Shown: positions 23,428 through 33,607, counted from the stretch's first letter. The stretch is 64,000 bases of DNA from Longimicrobiales bacterium (GCA_965198065.1 CBDAON010000004.1:800001-864000); one strand, 5' to 3'. A program made the numbers and translations. Notes: a model not told the origin generated them from the letters alone.

Positions 23428-24690
23428 GTGAGCCCAAGCCGAAAGATTCTCGTGGGGGTCCTCGTCCTCGTCGTGCTCGGCGGAGCGGCGGCCGCGCAGC
23501 TTCTCCGCGCCGACCGTGGAGTCGAGGTTCGCGTCGAAACGGTGGATGAGCGCGAGGTGATCTCGACGATCACCGCCATCGGACAGGTGCGCGCCCGGAA
23601 CCAGGTGAACATCTCGTCCGACGTCATGGGCCGTGTCGTGGAGCTGAACGTGGAGGAGGGGGACCAGGTGGAGGAGGGAGAGGTCCTGCTCACGATCGAT
23701 CCCCGGCAGGTGGAGGCCCAGGTCTCGAGCTCGGAGGCGAGCTTGAGCCAAGCGGAGGCCCAGGTCACCCAGCAGCGCGCGAACCTCGCTCAGTCCGAGC
23801 GCGAGTTGGCCCGTCTACGGGAGCTCCAGGCCGGTGGGATCGTGACCCTCCAGGAAGTGGAATCGGCCGAGACGCGCGTCGAGGTCCAACGAGCAAACCT
23901 CTCGGCATCCGAGCACGGGGTCGAGCAGGCCCAGGCGGCCCTCGACGAAGCGCGCGAGCTCCTTTCCCGCACGACGATTCGCGCGCCCATCTGGGGCCGG
24001 GTCATCCGCCTGAACATCAAGGCCGGAGAGACGGCCGTGATCGGCACGATGAACAATCCGGGGAGCCTTCTCCTCACGATCGGAGACCTGTCGGCAATCG
24101 AGGTCGTCATGGTCATGGACGAGACGGACATCCCGACGATTTCCGTCGGCGACTCGGCGGTCGTGGGGATCGACGCGTTCCCGGAGCGGACGTTTGCCGC
24201 GCGGGTCTCCTCGATCGGGAACTCCGCGATCCAGACCGGAAACACCTCGCCCACGAATCGAGGGAGCGTGAGCTTCGAGGTCATCCTGGCCCTCCTCGAT
24301 CCCCCGGCGGATCTCCGTCCCGACCTCTCCGCGACCGCCGACATCATCGTGGACTCCAGGCACCGGGCGGTCTCCGTTCCGATCATCTCCGTCACAGCTC
24401 AGGAGGACGAGGTGGCGGACACCGCGACCGGAAGCCCGGAGGGTCTGTCGTCCGGGGGGCCGCTCGCGGCCGCGGCCGCGCCGCCCGTCATCGAGGGCGT
24501 GTTCGTCGTGCGGGACCGCCGCGCCGTCTGGACGCCCGTCACCCTGGGGATCACCGGCCAGGAGCACTTCGAGATCCTCTCCGGGGTCTCCGTCGGGGAC
24601 ACCGTCGTGAGCGGTCCCTATCAGACGGTTCGGCAGCTCGAGGACGGCAACCGGATCCGGGTCGTGAGCGATCCGTCCCCGATGCCCTGA
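23428..24690 (+). CDS. Efflux membrane-fusion protein (MacA-like)
   Basis: N-terminal TM, VNISSDVMGRVVELNVEEGDQV, coiled coil, TIRAPIWG, DETDI and LRPDLSATADI. Confidence 0.9.
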   Translation: MSPSRKILVGVLVLVVLGGAAAAQLLRADRGVEVRVETVDEREVISTITAIGQVRARNQVNISSDVMGRVVELNVEEGDQVEEGEVLLTIDPRQVEAQVSSSEASLSQAEAQVTQQRANLAQSERELARLRELQAGGIVTLQEVESAETRVEVQRANLSASEHGVEQAQAALDEARELLSRTTIRAPIWGRVIRLNIKAGETAVIGTMNNPGSLLLTIGDLSAIEVVMVMDETDIPTISVGDSAVVGIDAFPERTFAARVSSIGNSAIQTGNTSPTNRGSVSFEVILALLDPPADLRPDLSATADIIVDSRHRAVSVPIISVTAQEDEVADTATGSPEGLSSGGPLAAAAAPPVIEGVFVVRDRRAVWTPVTLGITGQEHFEILSGVSVGDTVVSGPYQTVRQLEDGNRIRVVSDPSPMP

Positions 24691-24724
24691 TCCGGCCCGG
24701 CCGGGACCTACCCGCGACCCCCGT

Positions 24725-25966
24725 ATGCACTTTCGAGAAGGGATCGGCCTGGCCCTCCTCCAGATCCGCCAGGAGAAGCTGAAGAGCGCGTTCAGCCTCC
24801 TGGGGGTCATCATCGGCATCATGTTCCTCCTCGTCGTGGTGAGCGTCGTCGAGGGCGTGGATCGATACATCAGGGAGGACTTCTCCGACCAGTTGTTCGG
24901 GATCAACACGATCCTGGTCCGGCGCACGCCCGCCATTGTGATCGAGACGAGCCCGGCGCAGCGACGGGAATGGAGCCGCCGCCCCAGGCTCAACCTTGCC
25001 GATGCGGATGCGATCCGAGCCGCCCTGACGGTGCCCGCCCGGGTCGGCGTCGAGTCGGGAACGGGGGGGGAGGTCCGGACCTGGGACGGACGGGGCGTCG
25101 GGAGCACCCAGATCACGGCGATCTCGCCGGAGATCCTCGAGATCCGGACGCTCCTGGTGGAGTCGGGACGTCCCTTCTCCCCCCAGGAGGCGGAGCTCGG
25201 CCAGCCCGTGGCCATCCTCGGGAGCAGCCTGGCGGACGCCCTGTTTCCCGACTCCGATCCCGTGGGTGAGCGGATACGCGTTCGGGGCTTCCCCTTCCGG
25301 GTCGTGGGCGTCCTCGAGGCCCAGGGAGCGGTGTTCGGGATCAGCCTGGACAACCGCATCCTCGCTCCGGCCACGTCGCCGGCGCGCCGCTTCCTGGCGG
25401 ATCCTCGAACGGTCTCGACGGTCATCGTCCAGACGCTGGATCCCTTCGACATACCGACGGCGCTGGCCGACGTCGAGGCGGCGCTTCGCGTCGAGCGGCG
25501 CCTCCGGCCCGGCGAGCCCAGCAACTTCAGCGTCGAGACCGCGGAGAGCTCACTCGCGTTCTGGGATCGGATCTCCACCGTTCTGTTCCTCGCCCTGCCC
25601 GGGCTTGTCGGGATCTCGCTCGTCGTGGGCGGAATCGTGATCATGAACATCATGCTGGTCTCGGTCATGCAGCGGACCCGGGAGATCGGGGTCCGGATGG
25701 CCATTGGCGCGCGCCGTCGGGACATCGTCACGCAGTTCCTCGTCGAGGCCGCGACCCTGTCAGGCACCGGCGCCGTCATCGGGGTGTCGATCGGGCTCAT
25801 CCTGACCTGGATCGTCCGCTCCGCTACGTCGCTCCCCGCGGCCGTCGCGGCGCACTGGGTCGTCTTTGGCGTTCTCCTCGGGCTGGCCGTGGGAGTCGCG
25901 GCCGGGGTTTATCCGGCCGTGCGCGCGTCCCGCCTCGATCCTGTGGTTGCGCTCCGACATGAGTGA
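24725..25966 (+). CDS. MacB/FtsX-family ABC permease
   Basis: SLLGVIIG, VGGIVIMNIMLVSVMQRTREIGVRMAIGA and YPAVRASRLDPVVALRHE. Confidence 0.93.
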   Translation: MHFREGIGLALLQIRQEKLKSAFSLLGVIIGIMFLLVVVSVVEGVDRYIREDFSDQLFGINTILVRRTPAIVIETSPAQRREWSRRPRLNLADADAIRAALTVPARVGVESGTGGEVRTWDGRGVGSTQITAISPEILEIRTLLVESGRPFSPQEAELGQPVAILGSSLADALFPDSDPVGERIRVRGFPFRVVGVLEAQGAVFGISLDNRILAPATSPARRFLADPRTVSTVIVQTLDPFDIPTALADVEAALRVERRLRPGEPSNFSVETAESSLAFWDRISTVLFLALPGLVGISLVVGGIVIMNIMLVSVMQRTREIGVRMAIGARRRDIVTQFLVEAATLSGTGAVIGVSIGLILTWIVRSATSLPAAVAAHWVVFGVLLGLAVGVAAGVYPAVRASRLDPVVALRHE

Positions 25967-27314
25967 CCGCGGTGTCCGGGGCCTGGACCCCGCGAAGGAC
26001 AAGCTGTCCGAGACGCTGCGACAGCTACGCCGATTGGGCGGCGGAGTCGGGGAAGGCGTCCGGATCGGGGTCGACTCGATTGCCGCGAACCGGTTTCGCT
26101 CGGGCCTCACGATCCTCGGGGTCGGAGTCGGCGTATCGGTTGTCGTCCTGATGGCGGCCCTCATCACCGGGGTCCGAACGTCCATCCAGGAGGGCATCGA
26201 GTCCGCCGGTCCCCGAAACCTGTTCGTGACGCGCTTCGATCCGTCCGAGGTGCAACTGACGCTGGGTCCCGGCAGACCCTCCTCTTTCTTCAATCGCCCC
26301 CGCATGACGGCCGAGGAGGCGCGCCGGGTCAAGGCGCTTCCGGCCGTCGCGAACGCGGTGCTGAGCGTGGGCCTCTCGGACCCCGGCTCGGGCGGGATGA
26401 CCCTAGAGTTCGAGGGAACCCGGGTGACGGGGGTGTCGGGCGCCGCGGAGTCGGCGGAGTCGGACGACTGGCCCGAGTATCGGGCGGCCACGTTCGTCCA
26501 GGGCCGCAACTTCGTCCCCTCGGAGGTCCGGAGCGCACGCTCCGTCCTGGTCCTCTCGGAGCAGCTCGCGCGGGACCTCTTCGGTACCCGGAACCCACTA
26601 GGACAGCGCGTGCGGGCCACCGGGGGCCCGCGAGGGGCGCTCCCCATGACCGTGATCGGCATCGTCCAGCCCCAGGAGAACCCCTTCGAGGACGGAGGAG
26701 CGTATCTCGCCGTCGTCCCCTATACGACCGCCGTCCGACGGATGGGGGCATCGGAGTCCTCCGGCCAGATGATCGTCGTCCCGCAGCCCGACGTCTCGAT
26801 CGACGAGACGGAGGACCAGATCATCGGGCTCATGAGAGGGCTGCGAGGTCTCGCGCCGGTCGAGGAGAACAACTTCTCGGTCGTGCGCTCGACTCAGATT
26901 CTGGCGCTCTTCGATCGTCTCACGGCCGTGTTCTTCATCGTCATGCTGGCCCTCTCCTCCGTGGCTCTCCTCGTCGGAGGCGTCGGCGTGATCGGCATCA
27001 TGATGATCTCCGTGACCGAGCGTACCCAGGAGATCGGGGTCCGAAAGGCGGTCGGCGCGACCGGGGCCGAGATCCTTTGGCAGTTCTTGGTGGAGGCAGG
27101 ATTCCTGACCCTGGTCGGCGGCGCCGCGGGCCTCATCTTTGGAGGAGGCGTCGCCTGGACGGTAGCCACCGCCACCCCCGTTCCGGCGAGCGTCCCGGCC
27201 TGGGCGGTGGGCGCGGCCCTCGCGATGGCCGCCGTGACTGGGATGCTGTTCGGGCTCCTCCCCGCTGCGAAAGCAGCCCGGATGGAGCCCGTGGCCGCGC
27301 TCCGTCACGAGTGA
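25959..27314 (+). CDS. MacB/FtsX-family ABC permease
   Basis: NRFRSGLTILGV, VGGVGVIGIMMISVTERTQEIGVRKAVGA and PAAKAARMEPVAALRHE. Confidence 0.93.
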   Translation: MSDRGVRGLDPAKDKLSETLRQLRRLGGGVGEGVRIGVDSIAANRFRSGLTILGVGVGVSVVVLMAALITGVRTSIQEGIESAGPRNLFVTRFDPSEVQLTLGPGRPSSFFNRPRMTAEEARRVKALPAVANAVLSVGLSDPGSGGMTLEFEGTRVTGVSGAAESAESDDWPEYRAATFVQGRNFVPSEVRSARSVLVLSEQLARDLFGTRNPLGQRVRATGGPRGALPMTVIGIVQPQENPFEDGGAYLAVVPYTTAVRRMGASESSGQMIVVPQPDVSIDETEDQIIGLMRGLRGLAPVEENNFSVVRSTQILALFDRLTAVFFIVMLALSSVALLVGGVGVIGIMMISVTERTQEIGVRKAVGATGAEILWQFLVEAGFLTLVGGAAGLIFGGGVAWTVATATPVPASVPAWAVGAALAMAAVTGMLFGLLPAAKAARMEPVAALRHE

Positions 27315-27339
27315 GCGAGACTACGCGAGGATCTCTCAC

Positions 27340-28080
27340 ATGACCGAGCCCGAAGCGAACGGTCCCCTGGACGTGGTCGCGGCCTTCGCCCATCCCGACG
27401 ACGCAGAGCTTCTGGCCGGAGGAAGCCTGGCCCGCGCCGTCGAGCGCGGGGCCCGCGTGGGCATTCTCGACCTCACGCGAGGGGAGAGGGGCACGTTCGG
27501 GACCCCCGAGATCCGAGCGCGGGAAGCGGAGGAGGCCGCGGGAGCCCTGGGCGTCGTGGGCCGGTGGAACGCGGGCTTCCCGGACGCGGCCGTGGACGTC
27601 AGGGAAGAGAGCAGGCTCCGGGTCGCGGGGATCATCCGGGAGCTTCGTCCGGCCGTCGTGGTGACCCACTGGCTGGAGGGTCGGCACCCGGACCACGTGG
27701 CCACGGCCCGACTCGTCGTCGAGGCCTCCTTCCTCGCGGGCCTCAAGAACCTGGACTGTCCTGGTGAGGCCTTCCGCCCTCGGAAGGTCGTCCACGCCAC
27801 GCTCTTTCACGAGGACGCGCCGCCTCCGTCGTTCGTGATCGACGTGACGGACCAGGTGGATCGGAAGCTCCGGGCGCTCGACTGCTACGCGTCCCAGCTC
27901 CGGGGGGCGAAGGGGCGGGGCGAGGTGTTCCCGGGCGGCGACCGCCCGATCGCGGAGCAGGTGCGGGCCCACATGGCGGTGTGGGGCTCCCGGATCCGCC
28001 GGGCTTACGGGGAGCCCTTCTGGACTCGGGAGTCGCTTCTCGTGGACTCTCTCGACGCGCTGGGCGTACCGACGTTCTGA
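27340..28080 (+). CDS. bshB1: PIG-L family deacetylase, bacillithiol biosynthesis BshB1-like
   Basis: AHPDDAEL, DLTRGERGTFGTPEIRAREA, RHPDH and CYASQ. Confidence 0.8.
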   Translation: MTEPEANGPLDVVAAFAHPDDAELLAGGSLARAVERGARVGILDLTRGERGTFGTPEIRAREAEEAAGALGVVGRWNAGFPDAAVDVREESRLRVAGIIRELRPAVVVTHWLEGRHPDHVATARLVVEASFLAGLKNLDCPGEAFRPRKVVHATLFHEDAPPPSFVIDVTDQVDRKLRALDCYASQLRGAKGRGEVFPGGDRPIAEQVRAHMAVWGSRIRRAYGEPFWTRESLLVDSLDALGVPTF

Positions 28081-28136
28081 CGGGCGCGGCCAACCGACCG
28101 GCTACGGGCCCGAAAGCCGTTACAGGTCGGGACCCT

Positions 28137-28475
28137 CTACGGACACGAGACTTCGAGGAGAAGGCGCCGCCAGCTCGGCGTCTCCCGACCGGAGACCCGG
28201 ATGGCGCGGGCGTTCGCGCGCCCGCCCTCGAGCAGCCACGGCGCGAGCCACTCCCCGATCTCGGGGGGGAGGTGTCCCACCGGCTCCCCAGACCGGAGGA
28301 GGACCCACACCTCCGGCTCTTCCTGCACGGGAGGGTCGGGCATGAGGGTAAGATCGTCTCCCTCCCGGATCCGCTCGAGCATGACCTCGCGCCCCCCGAA
28401 GACCGTGCCATGGACGGTGGCTCGAAAGCACCGGGGCTGGCCCAACGGAAAGGGTGGGAGCGCTTCGAGCGGCAT
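28137..28475 (-). CDS. Stand-alone HIRAN-like domain protein
   Basis: TVHGTVF...GDDLTLMPDP...VWV...GEPVGHLPPEIGEWLAPWL. Confidence 0.65.
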   Translation of the reverse strand: MPLEALPPFPLGQPRCFRATVHGTVFGGREVMLERIREGDDLTLMPDPPVQEEPEVWVLLRSGEPVGHLPPEIGEWLAPWLLEGGRANARAIRVSGRETPSWRRLLLEVSCP

Positions 28476-28567
28476 GACGCTGAGGGAACGATCCGGTGCG
28501 CGGTTACGGGGCCAGGCGAAGTCTCGCTAACTTACTGTTACGCACCCTGGAGCGGAAACCCCCGCGT

Positions 28568-29824
28568 ATGCACGTGAACACCATCTATCTCGATCACGCG
28601 GCGACGACCCCCCTCCGGCCTGAGGTGGTGGAGGCGATGGCTCCGTTTGCCCGGGGTCTCGTCGGGAATCCGTCCGCCGTGCATCGCTGGGGCCGGGCGG
28701 CGCGGAGCGCCATCGAGAATGCGCGTGAGCGATCGGCCACGGCCCTCGGCGTGCGCCCCGACGAGGTCCGGTTCGTGCACGGCGGCACGGAGTCCGTGAA
28801 CCTGGCGGTTCAGGGGCGCTACGGATGGCTGAGGGAGCGAGGCGAGACGGGCACCGTCTTCCTCCGCTCCGCGCTCGAGCACTCCGCCGTGCGCGAGTCG
28901 ATGGACTCGCTCGAGGCGTGGGGAGCCAGGGTCGAGCATTTCTCAGTGGACGTCACGGGAAGGGCGGACCTTCCCTCCCGGCACGAGCTCACCCACCGGG
29001 AGGTCGCCCTCGTGTCCTGCCAGTGGGTGAACCCGGAAACCGGGATCGTCCTCCCCGTGCCGGAGCTCGCAGACGAGTGCGAGGCCGCGGGTGTGCCGCT
29101 CCACGTGGACGCTGTCCAGGCGGTGGGACGCCTCCCCCTCCAGCTCGAGGCCCTTCCGACTCCACTCCTGAGCCTTTCGGGCCACAAGCTTGGGGGGCCG
29201 AAGGGGACGGGCGTACTCGTCGTGCGCGGCGTCGAGCTTCGCCCGGTGCTCTTTGGGGGCGGCCAGGAGGGAGGGCTCCGACCGGGGACGGAGGACGTGG
29301 CCGGCGCCGTCGGGGTCGCGTGCGCGATCGAGCTCTCGGTGGAGCGCAGGCAGGAAGAGGCCCGGAGGGTCGCCGCCCTCCGCGATCGACTCGAGGCCGG
29401 GCTCCTCGCCTCCGTCCCCGGAGCTCGGGTGCACGGCGGTGCCGCCCCAAGGGCCCCCCACGTGCTCGGCCTGGGGATCCCGGGCCTCCCTCGCGACGTG
29501 CTCCCCGGCGCGCTCGACCTGGAGGGGATCGGGGCCTCCGCGGGCTCCGCCTGCGTGAGCGGGAGCACCGCGGTGAGCCCAACCCTCAGGGCGCTCTATG
29601 GCGACGACGCTGTGGGTTACGCGCCGCTCAGGCTCTCGCTCGGCTGGACGACGACGGAGGACGAGATCTTGGACGCGGTGCGGAGGATTCCGCCCGTCGT
29701 GGCGAGGATCCGGGACCACGGGGCTGGCTCGCCGTCCGCCGTTCACGAGGGTGTGAGCCGGGCCGCGGAGTCCGCGCCCCTCGGAGCGGGAGCGAGATCG
29801 TGGGCGCCCGGGAAGAGATGGTGA
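28568..29824 (+). CDS. Cysteine desulfurase (group I IscS/NifS-like)
   Basis: YLDHAATTP, GNPS, GGTES, HVDAVQA, SGHKLGGPKG and SAGSAC. Confidence 0.93.
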   Translation: MHVNTIYLDHAATTPLRPEVVEAMAPFARGLVGNPSAVHRWGRAARSAIENARERSATALGVRPDEVRFVHGGTESVNLAVQGRYGWLRERGETGTVFLRSALEHSAVRESMDSLEAWGARVEHFSVDVTGRADLPSRHELTHREVALVSCQWVNPETGIVLPVPELADECEAAGVPLHVDAVQAVGRLPLQLEALPTPLLSLSGHKLGGPKGTGVLVVRGVELRPVLFGGGQEGGLRPGTEDVAGAVGVACAIELSVERRQEEARRVAALRDRLEAGLLASVPGARVHGGAAPRAPHVLGLGIPGLPRDVLPGALDLEGIGASAGSACVSGSTAVSPTLRALYGDDAVGYAPLRLSLGWTTTEDEILDAVRRIPPVVARIRDHGAGSPSAVHEGVSRAAESAPLGAGARSWAPGKRW

Positions 29825-30999
29825 GCGTCCAGAAGAAGAGGGTCCTCGTCGCGATGTCCGGCGGCGTGGACTCGTCCGTGGCGGCCGCCCTCCTCGTCGA
29901 GGAGGGGCACGAGGTCGTGGGCGCCACCATGAAGACCTTTTGTTACAGGGAGCAGCCAGGCCCGTCCCGGGCGTGCTGCGGGCTCGACGGCATCCTGGAT
30001 GCTCGCCGTGTGGCCGACCAGCTCGGGATTCCGCACTACGTCTTCGATGTCGAGGAGGAGTTCACCCGGGACGTCGTGGACGATTTCGTCACTGAGTACG
30101 CCCGGGGAAGGACACCTAACCCGTGTGTGCGCTGCAACTCGCACACCAAGTTCCGGGACCTTCTTCGAAGAGGGGGGGCGCTCGGCTGCGCGGGAATCGC
30201 GACCGGGCACTACGTGCGGGTGCGGCCCGAGGACGGGGAGGCCAGGATCCTTCGCGGGCGAGACGCCGAGAAGGACCAGTCGTACTTCCTCTGGGGCCTC
30301 CCTCCCTCCCTCCTCCCCCATCTGCACTTCCCGGTGGGCGAGTTGACCAAGGGGGAGGTCCGGGCGCGAGCCCGGAGTCTGGGGCTCGCAACGGCCGACA
30401 AACCGGAGTCGCAGGAAATCTGCTTCGTGGCCGACGGGGACTACCGGAGCTTCCTCGAGCGACGTCTGCCCGAGCTCCACCCCTCCCTTCGCACAGGGAA
30501 CATCGTCCGCACGGACGGGAGCGTCGTCGGCGAGCACGCGGGGTACGCGGCTTTCACGGTCGGCCAGCGGAAGGGGCTCGGCGGTGGGTTCCGGCGGCCC
30601 CACTTCGTTCTCGAGATCCACCCCGAGACGCGCGAGGTCGTCGTGGGACCCAGGGAAGAGCTGGACCGGACGGAGATTTGGGTGGGCGACGTGAGCTGGC
30701 TCACCGGGGACCCGCCCCGAGAGGGGGACGAGATCGACGTCCAGGTTCGGCACCGGGCAAGGGGTGTCGCCGCTCGGGTCGCCGAGGTGGGTGAACACGT
30801 TCTTCTTCGGCTTCGGGAACCGCAGCGCGCGGTGACGCCCGGCCAGTCCGCAGCCATCTTCCGGGGCGAGCGACTGCTCGGAGGCGGCCGCATCGCGCGG
30901 GCCCCGGTCCCCGCTGGAGTCGCCGGCACCGACGGAGGGAGTCGAGCGGACGGGAGCATGGCCGTCGACTCGACCGGATCCCCCGCCCGACCTCAGTAA
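29818..30999 (+). CDS. mnmA: tRNA 2-thiouridylase
   Basis: AMSGGVDSSV, CCG, TPNPCVRCN, KDQSYFL, ESQEICF and TVGQRKGLG. Confidence 0.97.
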   Translation: MVSVQKKRVLVAMSGGVDSSVAAALLVEEGHEVVGATMKTFCYREQPGPSRACCGLDGILDARRVADQLGIPHYVFDVEEEFTRDVVDDFVTEYARGRTPNPCVRCNSHTKFRDLLRRGGALGCAGIATGHYVRVRPEDGEARILRGRDAEKDQSYFLWGLPPSLLPHLHFPVGELTKGEVRARARSLGLATADKPESQEICFVADGDYRSFLERRLPELHPSLRTGNIVRTDGSVVGEHAGYAAFTVGQRKGLGGGFRRPHFVLEIHPETREVVVGPREELDRTEIWVGDVSWLTGDPPREGDEIDVQVRHRARGVAARVAEVGEHVLLRLREPQRAVTPGQSAAIFRGERLLGGGRIARAPVPAGVAGTDGGSRADGSMAVDSTGSPARPQ

Positions 31000-32120
31000 C
31001 GAAGGCCGGCCAGGTCCGCGAACTCCCGGACCCGCTCCTTCACCCCCTCCGGGATCGACTCGGGAGTCTCGACCTTCACTTCCACGAACTGGTCTCCTCG
31101 GCGCCCCTTCGACTCGACCCCCTGCCCGCGGATCCGAAACCGTGTGCCACTCTGCGTGCCTGGCGGGATCCTGAGCACGACGCGGAGGCCGTCCACAGTG
31201 CGCACCCTGACCTTCGATCCCAGGATCGCCTGCGCCACGTTGATGGGAACGGTTACGTGGATGTCGGCTCCCTCGCGCCGGAAGAAGCGGTGAGGGCTCA
31301 CCTGGAAGGTGAGGATCAGGTCCCCCGGCGGGCCCCCGGCCACTCCCCGCTCCCCCTGCCCGGAGAGACGGAGCTTGGACCCGGTCTCGACCCCGCCTGG
31401 GACCGCCACCTGGACCTTCCGTGACTGACGCACGGATCCGGAGCCCCCGCAGGAGGGGCACGGCGACTCGGGGATCTTTCCGCGCCCCAGGCAGGCCGGG
31501 CACGGGCGGTTGACGGCGAATCCACCCTGCCCGAAAGAGACCGTGCCGGTCCCCCTGCACTCCGAGCATGCCTCGACCTTCATCCCAGGACGTGCCCCGG
31601 ATCCCGAGCACGTGGAGCACTCCTCTGTGACGGGCACGTTGATCGATATCTTTCCACCGTTCACGGCCGTCTCGAAGGAGAGCTCGACCGCGTACTCGAC
31701 GTCCGTGCCCCGCCTCGGCCCCTGCGGGCGGTCGCTCGCGAAACCCCGTCGCCCTCGGTCGAAGATGGAGCTGAAGATATCTCCCAGGCCGCCCAGGTTG
31801 TCAAACGAAAAGCTCGCGTTCCCGTCTCCGAAGCCGAACTCGTCGCGGCCGCCCTGCCCTCCGGCGCCCGCCCCGGGAGCCCGAAAACCGAACGCTCCCA
31901 GCTTCCTCATCTGGTCGTACCGCTTCTTCTTCTCCTCGTCCGAGAGCACCGCGTACGCTTCCCCGATCTCATTGAATCGCTCAGCGGCCCGAGGGTCCCC
32001 GGGGTTCGCGTCGGGATGGTGCTCCTTCGCGAGCTTCCGGTAGGCCTTCTTGATCTCGTCGGGCCCCGCGCTCTCGGGGATCCCTAGGACCTGATAGAAG
32101 TCCTTAGTGGTCGTCGTCAT
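30993..32120 (-). CDS. dnaJ: Chaperone DnaJ
   Basis: J domain with HPD, a G/F region and four CxxCxGxG repeats. Confidence 0.97.
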   Translation of the reverse strand: MTTTTKDFYQVLGIPESAGPDEIKKAYRKLAKEHHPDANPGDPRAAERFNEIGEAYAVLSDEEKKKRYDQMRKLGAFGFRAPGAGAGGQGGRDEFGFGDGNASFSFDNLGGLGDIFSSIFDRGRRGFASDRPQGPRRGTDVEYAVELSFETAVNGGKISINVPVTEECSTCSGSGARPGMKVEACSECRGTGTVSFGQGGFAVNRPCPACLGRGKIPESPCPSCGGSGSVRQSRKVQVAVPGGVETGSKLRLSGQGERGVAGGPPGDLILTFQVSPHRFFRREGADIHVTVPINVAQAILGSKVRVRTVDGLRVVLRIPPGTQSGTRFRIRGQGVESKGRRGDQFVEVKVETPESIPEGVKERVREFADLAGLRY

Positions 32121-32302
32121 GGACGGATTCTAGCGGCCTGTGACGGATGAACGTTGATCACCGGGACGAGCGATGGGCCGCGGCCGGCAAGGCACGACGA
32201 CGAGGTGTAGCAGCGCTACGGCGAGGAGGAGAACCGCCGCTGGGGCGAGCCCTGTGCTCGTCGAATGCCAAGTGTTCATTCGTTACAGGCCGCTTGGCGC
32301 GC

Positions 32303-32911
32303 TCACTCGAGCTTCCGGACGCTCACCCGGGCTGGCCGGATGAGGTGCCCCCGGAAGCGGAAGCCCCGCTGGAAGACCTCGGCCACGGTGTCGTCTTCCG
32401 CTTCCGAGGCGGCCGGCGCTCGAGTCATCGCCTCCATGGTGTTGGGGTCAAAGGGCTCGCCGCTCGGGTCCAGCTCGTCGAGACCGGCGTCGGACAGGGA
32501 CTGGAGGAGCTTGCGCTCGAGGAGGCGGACCCCCTCCAGAACCGACTCCACTGACGCCATCTCGGGATCCACGTTGGTCACGCGCCGGAGGTCGTCCACC
32601 ACCTCGAGGATCTTCCCGACCAGCTCGGCCTGTGCCCTGGCTTGGGACTCACCGAGCTGAGCCTGGACCCGGCGTCGGTAGTTGTCGAACTCGGCGGCGA
32701 GCCGCAGGTGGCGGTCGTTCACGTACTCGAGCTCACGCCGGAGATCCTCGAGCTCCGTGGACTCTTCCGTCGGCTCCGCACCCGGCTCCGAGAGATCCTG
32801 GAGGTCCCTTCGGGCCTCCCCGCTCCGATCCCGGTCGGCCTCCCCGGTCGCCCCCCGGTCCGTAGGGCCCGGCCCTCCTTCGCCGAGATCTCGCTCTTCC
32901 GCTTCCGTCAT
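32303..32911 (-). CDS. grpE: Nucleotide exchange factor GrpE
   Basis: LRLAAEFDNYRRR, GEPFDPN and FQRGFRFRGHLIRPARVSV. Confidence 0.95.
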   Translation of the reverse strand: MTEAEERDLGEGGPGPTDRGATGEADRDRSGEARRDLQDLSEPGAEPTEESTELEDLRRELEYVNDRHLRLAAEFDNYRRRVQAQLGESQARAQAELVGKILEVVDDLRRVTNVDPEMASVESVLEGVRLLERKLLQSLSDAGLDELDPSGEPFDPNTMEAMTRAPAASEAEDDTVAEVFQRGFRFRGHLIRPARVSVRKLE

Positions 32912-33010
32912 CCTCTCTTCGCCTCGAATCTCCCGTACGCATCGAACCGCTCGGCTGGTACCGTGCGCGGCCCTCCTTCGGCGGCGCGGCCGCGCCGTCG
33001 AGTCGATCCT

Positions 33011-33607
33011 CTACCCGTTCGGAAGGCGCCGGTTCACGTTGGAGGGACGCCGGCCCCCGCCCGCCACCCTCTCGACGAGCCAGGCAAGGGCGTGCGCGGT
33101 CGCACCCCGACGCACCGCCTCCCGGTCTCCCGGAAAGAGAGCCGTGCGGGCGTGGGCCCCACTCGGGAGGGCGAGCCCGAACCAGACGGTCCCGACGGGC
33201 TTCCCCGGCCGTCGCCCCTCGGGGCCCGCGACTCCGGTGACGGCAAGCCCCACGTCCGCGCCGAGGCTCCGTTTCACCCCGTTGGCCATGGCCCGTACGA
33301 TTTCCTCCGAAACCGCTCCGTGGGCCTCCAGGAGAGCCGGCGAGATGTCGAGCATCCGCTCCTTCGCGGCGTCGGCGTACACGACGGCGCCGCCCACGAG
33401 GTAGCGAGAGGCGCCCGGAACGTCCGTGATCACCTTGGCTATCCATCCGCCGGTGCAGCTCTCCGCCACCGCGAGCGTCCATCCTCGGCGGACGAGAGCC
33501 TCTCCCACCGCCATCCCCAGCTCCCCGAGGGAGCCTTCCTCCGCACGGAAGGTCTCGCCGGATCCGGCACCGAGCCCAGAGCCGGCGCCGGCCAGGTCGC
33601 CGCTCAC
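33011..33607 (-). CDS. CinA C-terminal / PncC NMN deamidase
   Basis: AVAESCTGG, GAVVYADAAK, HGAVS and VTGVAGPEG..KPVGTVW. Its GTG overlaps the pgsA stop. Confidence 0.9.
   Translation of the reverse strand: MSGDLAGAGSGLGAGSGETFRAEEGSLGELGMAVGEALVRRGWTLAVAESCTGGWIAKVITDVPGASRYLVGGAVVYADAAKERMLDISPALLEAHGAVSEEIVRAMANGVKRSLGADVGLAVTGVAGPEGRRPGKPVGTVWFGLALPSGAHARTALFPGDREAVRRGATAHALAWLVERVAGGGRRPSNVNRRLPNG

Noticed and set aside
23815..25800. Long antisense and alternative-frame ORFs (for example 661 aa here, 29743-31620 and 58395-60470)
   Set aside because: Shadow ORFs expected at high GC; Arg/Pro/Gly-rich, without motifs, and overlapping well-supported genes.
32253..32272. Possible CIRCE element upstream of dnaJ
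   Set aside because: Only the left half-site resembles the consensus; there is no GAGTGCTAA-like arm at 9-bp spacing.
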